A stretch of DNA of 17,489 bases from Candidatus Undinarchaeota archaeon (GTDB lineage: Archaea > SpSt-1190 > JASMDC01). Of the stretch, positions 14,675 through 17,489 are shown piece after piece. A program made the translations under genes and the position numbers. The notes below the pieces were generated by a model. That model saw only the letters and a list, made by a program, of their open reading frames with translations, was not told where the DNA came from and searched no databases. Location: the NCBI GenBank assembly GCA_964519305.1, contig CAZFHY010000032.1, positions 1 through 17,489 on the forward strand. The letters run 5' to 3'. The first letter of the stretch is position 1, and every line of letters starts with the position of its first letter.

Positions 14675-16660
14675 ACGGCCATAGATATCGCAGCACTTCT
14701 ACTCTTTGGAGCGAAGTATATCGGTGTAGCGGGATTGTTCGTCGTCGTGATGATAATTCTCTACGAGACCTGGAGGGAGTTAAAGCTCCTAAAGGCCGCC
14801 GAGAAACAGTTCGTGGACCTGTTCAAGGACCGCAAGCCCGTGTCCGTGGACGACCTCATGAACTACCTTGGTCTGACCTCATTCTCTTGGTTCATTATTC
14901 TTGAGATCGCCATGCGGACCGATGTGGACCTGTTCAAGGCCATCGAGTATGCATACCAACAGATCAATGCCTGCCACGAGCAGCTATTCTCTGAGGGTAC
15001 GTACTGGGGTGGCTTCATCCTGGACGAGGCGTTCTACGCAACGCCCATGTCACGTACGGCCGGAGAGCTCCTCTCGCGCCAGGATTACCAGCGCCGCAGC
15101 GCCCAGCAGCTCCTTTCTACCATCCAATCCGTCCAGACCGCTGTGTACAACCTCCGGGCCGACCAGCAGAAGATAGATGAGAGGCTGGGGGTGTTCGAGG
15201 ACAATCTCCGCGGCTTCAACGAGGTCTCTGACCGGCGAAAGATCAATATCAGCAACGTGGAGGAGTGGCCCGACGAAGTGGCAGCGGCCTGCCTCACGGG
15301 CTCCAAAGAGGAATTCGTGAGGGGTATCTTCATCGACGAGTACGGTGGTAACGCCAGCATCTCGGCCCTAGCGACAGGACGTGCGACGGGCGGGAAACCA
15401 GTGGAGACCTTCCGGGGGGTGATGATGTGGTTCTACCGGGTCCAGGACTATAAGAGCGTGGACGAACTGGTGAAGAACAAGAAGATCAATCCCGCGGTGG
15501 CAGCTGTTCTCAAACGGAAGCTCCAAGAGTACCTCCATTGGAAGATCAACTACTATCAGATGCTCCACCGCCTCAAGACGGAGATCCACAAGAACATGTC
15601 GCTCCAGCTGGCCAACCTCCGATCATACAAGATGTGGGCAGCGCGGCACATAGCGGCCGCGGAGAAGATCCGCATCGATACGTTCAACGAGTTCCAGCGG
15701 ACCAGTGAGCGGGGCCAGATGGAAGGTGTGGTGAGAGAGCAGATCGAGTGGGTGCCGCGTGTTAGGTACACTGCGTACTTCCTCTTTACACAACCCATGT
15801 GGCACTTCTGGAAACCGATGTGGAAGGTACTCGTCGAGCGTGCCATGGTCGTGTACTCCGAGCCCGGGACACCCTTCCTCTGGGGCAGGGTAAGAACATG
15901 GAGCTACATAGGTATTGTAGAGGTAGAGCGCCTTGCGAACGTGGTCCAATGGGCGTCGTTCAACGTCTGGTGGCGTGGGGATCCCACCGTGTTCTCACAG
16001 CGGATCCCTGCAAAGCGGGCACGGTCCCACGCGTTCCTCATGTACTGGCTCAACAAGGCATCGGGCTTCTCGCCATGGGAGACCATCGATTACGGTGACA
16101 AGCTCTTCAATAAGAAGAACAAGCCCAAATGGCTCAAGGAGCTCGAGGATGACGAGGGTGACCTCGAGGCCGAGGAGTACGGTGAGAAGGAAGACCACGG
16201 GCACTCTCATGAGGGCGGGCTCCTCGACACGGTGTTCGCCAAATGGCTTCCAGGGATCGTGAACTTCATCACGTTCGGGTGGCTGGACGAGCTCTTCCGC
16301 TTCGATCCATCGCATGTCAACGATGGGTTAGTTACCAGGCAGGTGGAACGGGTCGAGCACATCTTCGAGCCCCTCCGCCGAGGTATCGCTGAGTCGTGGT
16401 ACTCGGTCATAGATATCCTGGCTACCTTCGGTCTCTATCCAAAGGGTCTTGGTCTCTCCTACGGTGGTGACGCTCCTCCCATCGACCGGTACGGAAGGTT
16501 CCGCGGTATGTTCGGCGGGCTCTTCTCCAGTCGGCGCAGGAGGGCTATGTACGCGCTGCTCTTCGAGATGCAGCCCATCTTCACTGCTGCCATGCAGGAA
16601 GCATGGAGAGGGGCTTTCAAGTTCGATCTGAACCCGCCACAGATGCAAGGGAGGCACTGA
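14675..16660 (+). CDS. Hypothetical membrane-anchored, largely helical protein (661 aa if the ACG start is used; 641 aa from TTG 14735)
   Basis: Long ORF with GC3-rich codons; frame open back to 14669; SD GAGGGGTGA then ACG GCC ATA; N-terminal hydrophobic segment, coiled-coil-like middle, Trp-rich C-terminal half. Confidence 0.85.
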   Translation, partial: TAIDIAALLLFGAKYIGVAGLFVVVMIILYETWRELKLLKAAEKQFVDLFKDRKPVSVDDLMNYLGLTSFSWFIILEIAMRTDVDLFKAIEYAYQQINACHEQLFSEGTYWGGFILDEAFYATPMSRTAGELLSRQDYQRRSAQQLLSTIQSVQTAVYNLRADQQKIDERLGVFEDNLRGFNEVSDRRKINISNVEEWPDEVAAACLTGSKEEFVRGIFIDEYGGNASISALATGRATGGKPVETFRGVMMWFYRVQDYKSVDELVKNKKINPAVAAVLKRKLQEYLHWKINYYQMLHRLKTEIHKNMSLQLANLRSYKMWAARHIAAAEKIRIDTFNEFQRTSERGQMEGVVREQIEWVPRVRYTAYFLFTQPMWHFWKPMWKVLVERAMVVYSEPGTPFLWGRVRTWSYIGIVEVERLANVVQWASFNVWWRGDPTVFSQRIPAKRARSHAFLMYWLNKASGFSPWETIDYGDKLFNKKNKPKWLKELEDDEGDLEAEEYGEKEDHGHSHEGGLLDTVFAKWLPGIVNFITFGWLDELFRFDPSHVNDGLVTRQVERVEHIFEPLRRGIAESWYSVIDILATFGLYPKGLGLSYGGDAPPIDRYGRFRGMFGGLFSSRRRRAMYALLFEMQPIFTAAMQEAWRGAFKFDLNPPQMQGRH

Positions 16661-16661
16661 G

Positions 16662-17333
16662 ATGGCAATTAACCTGCCAGTGGGTATGCCGGACGTGATG
16701 GTCCCCCGCAACGCCACATTAATGGGGCTGCTGCAAGAGGAGGACTCCGAGTTCCACGGTACCGGTATCTATAGTGCGCGCCAGAACCCGGCATGGGTGG
16801 ACGCCTTCGGTACCAGTGGCCGTACAGGCCGCTGGTCCAAGGTGGCGGTCAAGAACTTCGAGCTCACCTACGTGGGAAAGCTCTTCCCGGAGGTGGAGGA
16901 CACCTTCATCCAACTAATGAAGGAACGCGGATTCCGCATCATGGAGAACTTCTTCTTCCTCGCCACGCGACGGGTGCGCGACATTATCCTTCACGGCGGC
17001 ATAATGCTGCGTGAGGAGGACTATATGTTCTCCCAGATCCGCATCCCGTACCTCACTCTGTGGATCCCGGACCGGCCTTTCCCTCCTGGAGTGGGTTGGC
17101 TTGAGGGCGAGCCCCCGACGGGTCCCTATGCCATCTGGACAACGTGGTACGTGGACATGGATTTCGAGCTAATCTGGCAGCGCAATCCCGCGCTCAAGCA
17201 CCTGCTGCCATACTACATGAAGTACGTGAAACGCAGGCGTCTTGAGGAGCTCGTGAAGAAGTGTCAGCAGGAGCTCAGAGAAGTCGACAAGGAGTGGCGC
17301 AGACGCACTGCCCGGCTCATGCGGATGAAGTAG
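16662..17333 (+). CDS. Hypothetical protein (223 aa), operonic with the upstream gene
   Basis: ATG 1 nt after the upstream stop, preceded by SD GGAGG; alpha/beta core and long charged C-terminal helix. Confidence 0.85.
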   Translation: MAINLPVGMPDVMVPRNATLMGLLQEEDSEFHGTGIYSARQNPAWVDAFGTSGRTGRWSKVAVKNFELTYVGKLFPEVEDTFIQLMKERGFRIMENFFFLATRRVRDIILHGGIMLREEDYMFSQIRIPYLTLWIPDRPFPPGVGWLEGEPPTGPYAIWTTWYVDMDFELIWQRNPALKHLLPYYMKYVKRRRLEELVKKCQQELREVDKEWRRRTARLMRMK

Positions 17334-17375
17334 TCCGCAAGTGCCATAACGGAGGCCCGGCGGGCGACCACTAAC

Positions 17376-17383
17376 CTTAAAAG
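17376..17383 (+). promoter_or_regulatory. TATA box of tRNA-Gly
   Basis: CTTAAAAG about 30 nt upstream of the mature tRNA 5' end. Confidence 0.6.
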
Positions 17384-17412
17384 ATTTCGCCTCCTCCGGC
17401 ACGAGGTCAGGT

Positions 17413-17489
17413 GCGCCGGTAGTCTAGCTGGCCTAGGACATCTGCCTGCCACGCAGATAACTCGGGTTCAAATCCCGACCGGCGCACCA
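17413..17489 (+). tRNA. tRNA-Gly (GCC), intronless, CCA encoded
   Basis: Acceptor GCGCCGG/CCGGCGC, anticodon arm TCTGC-CTGCCAC-GCAGA (GCC at 17448-17450), T arm TCGGG-TTCAAAT-CCCGA, discriminator A then CCA. Confidence 0.97.

Noticed and set aside
14620-14904. 94-aa ORF or a frameshifted N-terminus for the large protein
   Set aside because: It starts upstream of the TATA and overlaps the main ORF out of frame; the SD + ACG reading explains the region without a frameshift.
7757-17489. tRNA-anchored integrated mobile element
   Set aside because: No integrase, transposase or att duplicate seen, and the block lies on the 5' side of the tRNA.

Overview
GC-rich archaeal chromosomal window (archaeal TATA boxes, ABCE1, NadM, archaeal NusA-like KH protein, tRNA-Gly). 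Left to right: a >985-codon secreted gingipain-family (C25) cysteine peptidase with Cys-rich tandem repeats that runs off the left edge and is absent from the ORF track; a NusA-like KH gene and ABCE1 divergent from nadM; a membrane protein with a G/Y/Q low-complexity tail; an alanine-aminotransferase-like PLP enzyme. An uncharacterised block follows: a HipA/PI3K/LanM-type kinase-like gene, a SAM methyltransferase, a small Cys-rich protein, three acidic or membrane proteins and two tandem degenerate metallophosphoesterase paralogs. Next, a putative wHTH + alpha/alpha-barrel protein is divergent, across a palindromic operator-like site, from a two-gene operon (first gene probably starting at ACG) that resembles, from memory only, conserved hypothetical families of DPANN archaea. 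tRNA-Gly(GCC) ends at the last base. No CRISPR array, integrase or transposase was seen. All family calls come from reading motifs, not from database searches.
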